Positions 28,253-36,353 of a stretch of 64,000 nucleotides of DNA are shown here, piece after piece. Source of the DNA: Eubacteriales bacterium (lineage in GTDB: Bacteria; Bacillota; Clostridia; Oscillospirales; CAG-272); assembly GCA_045128735.1 (NCBI GenBank), contig JBGVRT010000005.1, forward strand, positions 7,843-71,842, written 5' to 3'. Under the pieces are notes generated by a model. It did no database searches. It saw nothing but the letters and a program-made list of their open reading frames with translations, and had not been told where the DNA came from. A program made the position numbers and the translations under genes. Position 1 is the first letter of the stretch. Each line of letters starts with the position of its first letter.

Positions 28253-31200
28253 GTGAAGTATATTGCCCGAGACGAACGCATTCCGCAGGATAGGCGCCGC
28301 GAGCTGAATGACAAGATCCTGTACTTGATAGATGCCGATCTGGCAGAAGCATCAGGCGTTTCCCGTGAGGATATCTACAATGCTTACACGGGGGATGGCG
28401 GACTCCACGGTTTACAGCGTTCGGACTACGACAGCTATTCCGATTATAGTGACGCCAAGAAAGAGATCGAGAACGGACAATTCTTCACGCCACCGAGTAT
28501 ATGTCAAACGGTAGCCAAGTGTATCGGTGTAGGAAAAGGCGATCTTATCGCAGATTTGACCTGCGGTATAGGCAATTTCTTCAATTTTATGCCTACAGAA
28601 AATAATCTTTACGGCTGTGAATTGGATAACAAAGCCTATAAGGTCGCTCGTTACCTATATCCCGATGCCAATATCGTTAATCAGGATATCCGACTGTATC
28701 AGCCGGGTATCCTCTTTGATTATGTGCTCGGCAATCCGCCCTTTAATCTGAAATGGTGGATCGAAGGTAGCAAGGAAATTAAGTCCCAGCTTTATTACTG
28801 CATCAAGGCACACGAGCTGCTAAAGCCCTGCGGTATTATGGCAATCGTTGTTCCAAGCTCGTTTCTTTCAGACGATTTTATTGATGGAAACGTAATTGCG
28901 GATATGAATGCTAAATTTCGCTTTCTCGGTCAGTTTTCCTTACCCGAAAATGCCTTTAGTGCTATGGGTGTGCAGTCGTTCCCCACAAAGCTTCAATTCT
29001 GGCAGAAAAGAAAGGATGCTGAGGACGTTTCTATGCCGTATTGCACCGATTGCCCCACCTCTGTCACTTATGAGCTTACAGAGCGAATAAATGAGGCTAA
29101 GGAGGCACTTTCAAGCAGCAGAATGGATATTCTGAAGGCAACGGCACAAAACAAGGAAACGTCGGCAAGCTTTGCGTATCAGGTGGACAAAATGCTCTAT
29201 CAGATAAGGGTGCATCCGCGTATATCTTCGGAGCATTCTCGCTGCTGCGCATACGTTCACCGCTTCTATACTGAGAAGCAGCCCGAAAGTATGCCGTATA
29301 CCGAATGGTGCCGTGTGAGGTTGACCGAGGCGAAGGTGCTTTCCTATCTCAAAAAGGTGCTCAAAAAGCAAAACGAGCGACCGTCGGAGGACAGGATCGC
29401 CCTTGTAAAACGGGATTATGATTTCGTTTATAAGGGGTATTCCTATGCTTCAAGCCGTCAGCTCAGCGATCAAATGAAAAAGCCTGTGCCGATGTATCTT
29501 TTAGCCTCCTCGGACGGAGATAACGGATTTACGCCATACTCCAAGCTGATAGAAAGAAAGCAGCGTGAATATGCGATACAAAATCAACAGTTCTCGGATA
29601 TGGTGCTTGATGATAACATTTCCCGCGCTCTTGACGAATTTACCCTATGGGACTCGGAGAACGAGGAAAAAATACACCTTAACGAAAAGCAAAAGAAGGA
29701 TATCAATCTGATGCTCCAAAAGCGTTACGGACTGCTTCAATGGGAGCAGGGCTGCGGTAAGACGCTTGCCGGAATTGCCGTTGGTCTCTACCGTATGCAA
29801 TATCAGAACGTGCATCACACTTGGGTTATATCCTCGGCAATCTCGATCCGAAACAACTGGGATATTGTTCTGAAGAATTACGGACTATCCTACGTGTTCG
29901 TTGAAGAGCTTTCCGACTTTGACTGTATCCAAAGGGGCGATTTCGTTATCATTACGTTGAATGCTTTGAGAAAATATCAAAAGCAGATCAAGCGTTGGGT
30001 ACGCATACACAACGAAAAGCTTCAGCTAATATTTGATGAGAGCGACGAGATATCCAACGCATCGGGAGCGACGACCAAGGCGTGCCTTGATTGCTTCCGC
30101 CGCGTAAAATATAAGCTGTTGGAAACAGGCACGAGTACGCGAAACAATATCTCTGAGTTTGCTCCGCAGATGGAACTGCTCTACAACAATTCCTACAATA
30201 TGATCTCTTGGTGTGACCGCATATACAAGAGAGATAAGGAAACCGGAGATTTGAATTCTGAGGAAAATGATTATTTCGGTATGCCGATTCCCGCATACAA
30301 GCGTGGGTATTCCTTGTTTTCCGCTTCTCACTTGCCTGAAAAGATAACCGTTTTCGGTGTTGGGCAACGAACACAAGACATCTACAATGCCGACGTTCTA
30401 AGCGAGATACTTGGCAAAACAGTCATTACCCGAACCTTTGAGGAAATCACGGGCAAGGACATACGGCGTATCCATCAGATTCCCGTGAAGTTCAGTGAGG
30501 CTGAGAAAGCCGTGTATCAGCAAGCAATCGAGAAATTTTACGAGATGCGTTGGAACTATTTTCAGTCTACCGGCAATTCCCGAAAGGACTCTATGATGAT
30601 CCTGATGCAGCAGATCCTCACGCTCCTTCGTATCAGCGCGGCGCCAAGCTCTATGAGTGAATACGTAGGCGATACTCCCGTGAAGATCCAAAAAGTGCTT
30701 TCAATGGTAGAAGAATGGGACGATGAGATCGTGGCTATCGGTGTGCGGCACATTCCTGTGCTTGAAGAATACCGTAAGGCGATTGAGGAAGCATTCCCAG
30801 ACAGACCTCTGTTCGTTGTCACGGGTGGAAATACCACCTTTGCCAAGCGGAGAGCGTTACGGAAAACCCTCAAGGAAAGCGGAAACGGAATTCTGCTTTG
30901 CACACAGCAGAGCTTACCCAGCAGCGTGAATTTTGAGTACGTCAACAAGATCGTCATTCCCGAGCTCCACTACAATAATTCCCGAATGAGTCAGTTTTAT
31001 ATGCGCTTTGTGCGATATACCTCTACCGAGTGGAAGGACATCTATTTCGTCACCTATGCCGGAAGCATAGAATCCAATCTTATGCAGATGGTTATGGCTA
31101 AGGAAAAGCTCAATTTGTTCATGAAGGGACAGGATGCAGATCTTGACGAGATCTATGAGAAGTTCGGCGTTGACTACAATTTGCCCTCGCTTCTGATGAG

Positions 31201-31261
31201 GCGCGAGGCGGACAGCGAAGGAAAGCTCCACATACGTTGGGGAGAACAAAATATAGCGTAA
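28253..31261 (+). CDS. Fusion of N6-adenine DNA methyltransferase (N-terminal) and SNF2/DEAD-like helicase (C-terminal)
   Basis: MTase motifs FFTPP, DLTCGIGNFF (motif I) and LGNPPF (motif IV, NPPF). Helicase motifs GCGKT (I), IFDESDE (II) and ETGTSTRN (III). AGGAGG lies 9 nt before the GTG start. Confidence 0.8.
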   Translation: MKYIARDERIPQDRRRELNDKILYLIDADLAEASGVSREDIYNAYTGDGGLHGLQRSDYDSYSDYSDAKKEIENGQFFTPPSICQTVAKCIGVGKGDLIADLTCGIGNFFNFMPTENNLYGCELDNKAYKVARYLYPDANIVNQDIRLYQPGILFDYVLGNPPFNLKWWIEGSKEIKSQLYYCIKAHELLKPCGIMAIVVPSSFLSDDFIDGNVIADMNAKFRFLGQFSLPENAFSAMGVQSFPTKLQFWQKRKDAEDVSMPYCTDCPTSVTYELTERINEAKEALSSSRMDILKATAQNKETSASFAYQVDKMLYQIRVHPRISSEHSRCCAYVHRFYTEKQPESMPYTEWCRVRLTEAKVLSYLKKVLKKQNERPSEDRIALVKRDYDFVYKGYSYASSRQLSDQMKKPVPMYLLASSDGDNGFTPYSKLIERKQREYAIQNQQFSDMVLDDNISRALDEFTLWDSENEEKIHLNEKQKKDINLMLQKRYGLLQWEQGCGKTLAGIAVGLYRMQYQNVHHTWVISSAISIRNNWDIVLKNYGLSYVFVEELSDFDCIQRGDFVIITLNALRKYQKQIKRWVRIHNEKLQLIFDESDEISNASGATTKACLDCFRRVKYKLLETGTSTRNNISEFAPQMELLYNNSYNMISWCDRIYKRDKETGDLNSEENDYFGMPIPAYKRGYSLFSASHLPEKITVFGVGQRTQDIYNADVLSEILGKTVITRTFEEITGKDIRRIHQIPVKFSEAEKAVYQQAIEKFYEMRWNYFQSTGNSRKDSMMILMQQILTLLRISAAPSSMSEYVGDTPVKIQKVLSMVEEWDDEIVAIGVRHIPVLEEYRKAIEEAFPDRPLFVVTGGNTTFAKRRALRKTLKESGNGILLCTQQSLPSSVNFEYVNKIVIPELHYNNSRMSQFYMRFVRYTSTEWKDIYFVTYAGSIESNLMQMVMAKEKLNLFMKGQDADLDEIYEKFGVDYNLPSLLMRREADSEGKLHIRWGEQNIA

Positions 31262-31275
31262 AGAAAGGAATGAAA

Positions 31276-31539
31276 ATGAGTACGAATGAATTAAAAGTAG
31301 GCGACGTAGTTACCTACGAGTTTGTAACGAGAGAGGGCGGTCTTTGTTCCGCAATCGTTGAGATTTTGGAGCTGAAGCTTCAAAAACACGATAACCGTCC
31401 AATTGCAAATGTAAGGTTTCGCAAATCAATCTCCGACCATACGGGTAATAATTATTTTGATTATCTTGCGAGGATCGGAGGAACTATGTGGGCGAGCCAA
31501 GAATATCTCCATAAAACAACGGAGGTGCAGAATGGCTAA
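31276..31539 (+). CDS. Hypothetical small protein
   Basis: ATG at 31276 (or 31270) after AAAGG. 87 aa. Confidence 0.3.
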   Translation: MSTNELKVGDVVTYEFVTREGGLCSAIVEILELKLQKHDNRPIANVRFRKSISDHTGNNYFDYLARIGGTMWASQEYLHKTTEVQNG

Positions 31540-31738
31540 GATCAACAAGCAACACAAATGGGATACCTGCGTTCACGCTCTCTGTCCATTTGGCAGAGGC
31601 TTTGCGCTGTGCAGCTATGGAATGGAGGTCAGCGGAAAGGATCTTTCTGTGCGGGATTTTCCAATTTGTATGGATAAAGGCAAGTGTGTCAAGGAAGAAT
31701 CAGAAAAGCCCAAAGAGGTGAGTAACAATGATGAATAA
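31532..31738 (+). CDS. Small Cys-rich protein
   Basis: GGAGG RBS. MAKINKQHKWDTCVHALCPFG...CSYG...CMDKGKC. Confidence 0.3.
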   Translation: MAKINKQHKWDTCVHALCPFGRGFALCSYGMEVSGKDLSVRDFPICMDKGKCVKEESEKPKEVSNNDE

Positions 31739-32684
31739 GAGTGGTATCCCTTGGTGTGATTTCTCGTGGAACCCGATCACAGGCTGTAAGGAAAAATGCA
31801 ATTCCTGCTTTGCACATAAAATTGCAAAGAGATTGTCTGGCTCGATACGGATAAATATTGGAAGTCCTGATATTCAAAAGGATCTGAAAAACAGATTGTT
31901 TGTTCTTGAGAAGCCCTTCCATTCCGAAAGAGGTACTGTGTCATTGTTTCCCGCGGGCTTTGATCCTACGTTTCACCGATACAGGCTTGGTATGATTTCA
32001 TATAAGCAAAAGCCCGCCAATATTTTTGTCGGAAGTATCGGAGATATGTTTGACGCATCTGTTCCAATGGAATGGATAACAGAGGTGTTTGAGGCATGTA
32101 AAAAAGCGCCCTGGCACAATTATCTATTTATGACGTGTAATCCCGGACGCTATACCGGGCTTGCTGACCAAGAGCAGCTGCCAACAGGGGACAACTTCTG
32201 GTACGGTAGCAGAATTGACTACAACCAAGAAGTTTTTTGCCGAGAGGGCTATCACACGTTTATATGGATAGAGCCGATAGAACGGTATGTGATCCCCGAC
32301 GAGCTTCCACAGTCTGAGTGGATAATCATTGGTTGTCAACCTCTGCTCCCGAGCAAGCGAAATATAGCTGACAAAGAACACATTCAGCAATTTATAAGCA
32401 AGGTCGGCGATGTTCCGTTGTTTATGAAAAGCGATGACAACATGAAAGCGGTATGGAAGGATAAATTGATATGTGAATACCCTATCCTTCTTAAGCGACC
32501 GCCCGATAAGCCTATCCCCCATTGCAACGAGTGTAAGCACTGTCACAAATTGCAAGAAGGAAAACGCGGCATAAGACACACCTGCACACACAGAAAAATA
32601 TTATCTAAGCATAAGGAAACAGGCGGACTTCATATTGATGGGCGTTATGCACGCACGTCACCGCCCTGGTGTCCGAGAAGATAA
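31728..32684 (+). CDS. DUF5131 (phage Gp37/Gp68)-like protein
   Basis: N-terminal IPWCDFSWNPITGCKEKCNSCFAHK resembles the IEWTDxTWNPxxGCxxxSxGCxxCYA signature of Gp37/Gp68 proteins. Confidence 0.6.
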   Translation: MMNKSGIPWCDFSWNPITGCKEKCNSCFAHKIAKRLSGSIRINIGSPDIQKDLKNRLFVLEKPFHSERGTVSLFPAGFDPTFHRYRLGMISYKQKPANIFVGSIGDMFDASVPMEWITEVFEACKKAPWHNYLFMTCNPGRYTGLADQEQLPTGDNFWYGSRIDYNQEVFCREGYHTFIWIEPIERYVIPDELPQSEWIIIGCQPLLPSKRNIADKEHIQQFISKVGDVPLFMKSDDNMKAVWKDKLICEYPILLKRPPDKPIPHCNECKHCHKLQEGKRGIRHTCTHRKILSKHKETGGLHIDGRYARTSPPWCPRR

Positions 32685-32698
32685 AGAAAGGATGTAAA

Positions 32699-32986
32699 AT
32701 GAGAAACATATTAGATGAATTGTGGTACGGCAATATTACCCCATATTCTCAATGCAAAGTGAACACTCCCGAAATGAAAGAGCTTGCCGAGCTCATATCG
32801 CGGCATGAAGAGACCATTGAGAAAACTTTAAGTGCTGAACAGAAAGAGGTATTTGAGAAATACCATGAGTGTATGGATGAACTCACTTCAAAGTTCATTA
32901 TTCAGGCGTTCAAGTACGGATTTCGACTCGGCTCAAGGCTGACGGCTGACGCATTAGCACCTAAACCGCTTGAGCGAGAGGGATAA
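32699..32986 (+). CDS. Hypothetical small helical protein
   Basis: ATG at 32699 after AAAGGA. 95 aa. Confidence 0.35.
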   Translation: MRNILDELWYGNITPYSQCKVNTPEMKELAELISRHEETIEKTLSAEQKEVFEKYHECMDELTSKFIIQAFKYGFRLGSRLTADALAPKPLEREG

Positions 32987-32990
32987 GTGA

Positions 32991-33476
32991 ATGAGAACAT
33001 ATACAAATCCCGAAGCGAACGGTTACTTAACAGAGGCAACAGCGTGTGGCAAAATCGTAAAAGAACTTGACAGACTGATCAACAAATACAAAAATGCAGT
33101 CAAACGTGAGGAAGCTGCCCGCAATGCGGAATTTGAGGAAGTTATGGGCTATCGAAGTGAGTATGAGATTCAGGAGGCGTATGGCTGGGAGTTTATAACC
33201 GAGGCACAATATGACCGTTACCTTGAACTCTTCCGTAAAGGAAAGGCTGCGCTTGAGGACCACGAAAAGACTGTCAACGAAATAACGCTCTCTATTCTCG
33301 AAAAAATGAGAGGAGATATTCGCACGGACCAAGCTCAATGGGAGTTTGAAGCCCTTACTCCGGAACAACAAGCTGCTGAGCGTAAGCGGGCCGAGGAAAG
33401 CAAAAAGGCTTGGAAAAAGAAAATTGCCGAGCTGAAGGAAAAGCGCGGCGAAATAGTGTCGGACGCATCTGCTTGA
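32991..33476 (+). CDS. Hypothetical coiled-coil protein
   Basis: 161 aa, K/E-rich heptad-like sequence. Confidence 0.35.
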   Translation: MRTYTNPEANGYLTEATACGKIVKELDRLINKYKNAVKREEAARNAEFEEVMGYRSEYEIQEAYGWEFITEAQYDRYLELFRKGKAALEDHEKTVNEITLSILEKMRGDIRTDQAQWEFEALTPEQQAAERKRAEESKKAWKKKIAELKEKRGEIVSDASA

Positions 33477-33490
33477 AAGAATATTAAAAA

Positions 33491-33531
33491 CCCCTTGGCA
33501 GTTCACATTGAACTGTTCAAGGGGTTATTTT
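33491..33531. terminator. Bidirectional terminator between convergent genes
   Basis: CCCCTTGGCAGTTCA / TGAACTGTTCAAGGGG long stem, flanked by an A-run upstream and a T-run downstream. Confidence 0.75.
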
Positions 33532-33532
33532 T

Positions 33533-33841
33533 TTACTTTTGTAAGCCCTTTGCCAACGCAATCAGGTTGTCGAGCTGTTCACTTGTTAGACGCTTGGCTA
33601 TTTCGAATAATTCGTTAGCCTTGGACGGATTTGCAGAATCCATTTCAAAAAATTCGCTTGGAGTAACATCCAAATATTCGCAGATAAAGAAGAATCCCTC
33701 CAAAGAAGGCTTTGATTTTCCTGTTTCGATGTTATTTATATAACCCGCATTCTGACCGATCGACAAGCTCATATCACGAGCGGAAACACCTTTCTTTTCA
33801 CGCAATCGCGCAAGCCTTAAAGCAAAATCTTTCACATCCAT
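33533..33841 (-). CDS. XRE-family HTH transcriptional regulator
   Basis: LRLARLREKKGVSARDMSLSIGQNAGYINNIETGKSKPS is a classic Cro/C1-type HTH. Confidence 0.75.
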   Translation of the reverse strand: MDVKDFALRLARLREKKGVSARDMSLSIGQNAGYINNIETGKSKPSLEGFFFICEYLDVTPSEFFEMDSANPSKANELFEIAKRLTSEQLDNLIALAKGLQK

Positions 33842-33919
33842 TTCATCACCTCACAACCTTTTTATAATATTATACCCCACACACCACCGAAAAATATTTG
33901 TTGTTGGGCTGTAATTCTC

Positions 33920-33948
33920 TTGAAATGTTGGTTGAAAAGTGATATAAT
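33920..33948 (+). promoter_or_regulatory. Sigma-A-type promoter divergent from the XRE gene
   Basis: TTGAAA, 17-nt spacer, TATAAT. Confidence 0.6.
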
Positions 33949-33985
33949 AGATAAAATGTTAGAAATTAACCCACAAGGAGCAAGT

Positions 33986-34456
33986 ATGAAGCCATATACC
34001 GTATCTTTGTTCGGGCATAGGGATTTTTACGGACACAGACAGTTGGAAGAACGGCTGATACCGATACTCCGAGAGATGATTCGCAAACATGAGTTTATAG
34101 AGATCTATATAGGTCGTGACGGCGAATTTGATGTCTATGCTGCGACCATTATTAAGCGAGTGCAGAGAGATTATGACGATTATCACGCCATAGAATTTAA
34201 CCTTGTTTTGCCGTATCCAAAGAAGGATATGGATGCCTTTGAAAAATACTATGACAGAGTGAATATTCCGATCAGCGCACACCCGAAGCTCGCTATTACG
34301 AAAAGAAACGAATGGATGGCAGAACAGTCGGACCTTATACTCTGTTATATCGAGCGTGAAAGCGGCGGAGCATATAGAGCCGTACAGTATGCCAAGAAGT
34401 TAGGAAAGGAGGTAATCAACCTTGCTGAAAAAAACAAAGAAGATGAAATGGAATAG
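33986..34456 (+). CDS. SLOG-fold protein (DUF1273/YpsA-like)
   Basis: The ATG at 33986 lies downstream of the promoter. SLFGHRDF... and ...GGAYRAVQYAKKLGKEVINL resemble the YpsA/DUF1273 layout. Confidence 0.45.
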   Translation: MKPYTVSLFGHRDFYGHRQLEERLIPILREMIRKHEFIEIYIGRDGEFDVYAATIIKRVQRDYDDYHAIEFNLVLPYPKKDMDAFEKYYDRVNIPISAHPKLAITKRNEWMAEQSDLILCYIERESGGAYRAVQYAKKLGKEVINLAEKNKEDEME

Positions 34457-34850
34457 CAGGCAGGTCAAGCAAGATGTGCTTACCACCTATCGTCGCATAA
34501 CTTGGAAAATATGGGTGTATCTCAAAGCCAATCCCGATGTGCTTGCCGAAAATAACAATCAAGAAGTATATGATGAGGTTGCAAGGATACAAACAGATAT
34601 ATACCTGCGCCGCAATCCCGATCAGACGCGCGAAGAAGCATTTAGTACGCAGGACTTCCTCTCGGACTTGGAGGCAAAGTATCATGCCGAAGATTATTAT
34701 TTTGAACAAGAGCTGATGGACTTGTTCAGACCAAGCGTAGAGCATAATAAAGCATGGGGCGCAAGGATGTTCTTGGAACTGTTCTTTTACTCGGGTATGC
34801 CGGAGAGCTATACGAAATCGGTGCACCAAATGGTAATTGATGAAGAATAA
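34422..34850 (+). CDS. Hypothetical protein
   Basis: TTG start follows AAGGAGG and overlaps the upstream gene. No motif recognised. Confidence 0.3.
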   Translation: MLKKTKKMKWNSRQVKQDVLTTYRRITWKIWVYLKANPDVLAENNNQEVYDEVARIQTDIYLRRNPDQTREEAFSTQDFLSDLEAKYHAEDYYFEQELMDLFRPSVEHNKAWGARMFLELFFYSGMPESYTKSVHQMVIDEE

Positions 34851-35016
34851 ACGTAGAAGTTTGATTATGTAGGAAGGATAGTAAACAGGAACAAGAAACC
34901 AATAAAAACAAAATAATTGTGTGGTATAAAACTCTATCTGTATCGGAGGTTTAGGGATTATTCGCAAAGATTTGGTAAAATAATAGTACCAAGACCTAAC
35001 GTAAGGAGAGTGTTTT

Positions 35017-35856
35017 ATGAAAAAAATTGTAACGTCAAAGAAAATAAAAGACTTTGAAATCTATTTAAGAAACGAGGAAAGGAGTAAAGCAACGATAGAA
35101 AAATATATGCGTGATGTGAGATGTTTCATATCGTTTGTTGGTGATACGGAAATTGACAAGCAGAAAGTACTCGATTATAAAAACAAACTTAGCGATGGAT
35201 ATGCTGTGGCAAGTGCCAATTCTATGATAGCAGCATTGAACTGTTTTCTTCGCTTTTGCGGTTGGCATGATCTTTGCGTTAAGCAGTTCAAAGTGCAAAG
35301 AACCATTTACTGTCCCGAGGAAAAGGAGCTCACCCGTGAGGAGTATGTTCGTTTGCTTGAAGCGGCAAGCAGAAAGAACAATGAGAGACTTAACCTTATC
35401 ATTCAGACGATTTGCGGAACGGGCATTCGTGTAAGTGAACTTGAATATATCACCGTGGAGGCGGTACAAAGGAGCGAGGCTGTCGTTAATTGCAAGGGGA
35501 AGAACAGAAAAATATTTATTGTTCCCGAATTAAGAAAAAAACTGCTCCGTTATGCAAAGGAGCAGAGGATATGTAGTGGAACGATATTTATAACCAGAGG
35601 CGGAAAACCGGTCAGCAGGCATCATATTTGGAAGGAAATGAAGGCACTTTGTGAGCAGGCGAATGTACCGCCAAGCAAGGTATTTCCACACAATCTTCGT
35701 CATCTTTTTGCTCGTACCTTTTACGGTATTGAAAAGGACATTGCCAAACTCGCAGATATACTGGGACACGCAAGCATCAACACGACACGTATTTATATAG
35801 TAACCACCGGTGCGGAGCACAAGCGCAAAATGGAGCATATGAGGCTCATCATATAA
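35017..35856 (+). CDS. Small XerC/D-like tyrosine recombinase
   Basis: 279 aa with an N-terminal core-binding domain. Catalytic residues are visible in GTGIRVSEL (R), HNLRHLF (HxxR), GHASINTT (H) and TRIY (Y). Confidence 0.85.
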   Translation: MKKIVTSKKIKDFEIYLRNEERSKATIEKYMRDVRCFISFVGDTEIDKQKVLDYKNKLSDGYAVASANSMIAALNCFLRFCGWHDLCVKQFKVQRTIYCPEEKELTREEYVRLLEAASRKNNERLNLIIQTICGTGIRVSELEYITVEAVQRSEAVVNCKGKNRKIFIVPELRKKLLRYAKEQRICSGTIFITRGGKPVSRHHIWKEMKALCEQANVPPSKVFPHNLRHLFARTFYGIEKDIAKLADILGHASINTTRIYIVTTGAEHKRKMEHMRLII

Positions 35857-35896
35857 AGAAAAAAAATCCCGATGCGAACACACCGAGACCAAAGAC

Positions 35897-35916
35897 AACA
35901 TAACGAGAGTTATGTT
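35897..35916. promoter_or_regulatory. Palindromic site A (AACATAAC GAGA GTTATGTT), candidate recombinase site
   Basis: 8-bp arms around a 4-nt centre. The centre is the reverse complement of that in sites B and C. Confidence 0.4.
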
Positions 35917-35980
35917 ATTAAAAACTGGTAATCGTTGCAAAAGAACAATGAAGCAAAGCAAAAAATGAGCGCAACAAAAA

Positions 35981-36026
35981 GCCTTTCGCCATAATTTTTT
36001 GAAAAATTTATACGAAAGGCATTTTT
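35981..36026. terminator. Bidirectional terminator-like hairpin
   Basis: GCCTTTCG ... CGAAAGGC stem with a self-complementary AT-rich loop. An A-run precedes it and ATTTTTG follows. Confidence 0.5.
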
Positions 36027-36093
36027 GTCATGCAATTTTTTGTATCAATTTTAATAAAATTTCATTGTGAGCTTATAAATTCTGCCGAACCTA

Positions 36094-36122
36094 TTGATTT
36101 TTAAGTGATTTTGTGGTATAAT
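36094..36122 (+). promoter_or_regulatory. Near-consensus extended -10 promoter facing the TetR/TasA-like locus
   Basis: TTGATT, 17-nt spacer, TGgTATAAT. Confidence 0.65.
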
Positions 36123-36158
36123 CTCCTATGTATCTGGAATTTGTCGGATACCTAATAT

Positions 36159-36178
36159 CACATAACTCTCGTTATGTT
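36159..36178. promoter_or_regulatory. Palindromic site B (CACATAAC TCTC GTTATGTT)
   Basis: 19 of 20 positions match the reverse complement of site A. Confidence 0.4.
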
Positions 36179-36188
36179 ATTTTGAAGG

Positions 36189-36216
36189 CGACATAACTCT
36201 CGTTATGTCGCTTTTT
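36189..36216 (+). terminator. Palindromic site C (CGACATAAC TCTC GTTATGTCG) followed by CTTTTT; terminator-like
   Basis: 9-bp stem, 4-nt loop and a T-run. Same centre orientation as site B. Confidence 0.45.
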
Positions 36217-36353
36217 ACTTAGTGGACGGCATATTTATTAAGCTTCCTATGTAAATAGGAAATTTTTTAGGAATGTTTTGTAGTGTTCACTAATTGCCTT
36301 CTTGTTAATTTAGAAAATTTATCGGTTGCATGTGAAATGGAGGGGATAACCGA

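Noticed and set aside
33495-33743. 82-aa + strand ORF overlapping the XRE gene.
   Set aside because: It starts inside the bidirectional terminator and is antisense to a textbook HTH repressor gene.
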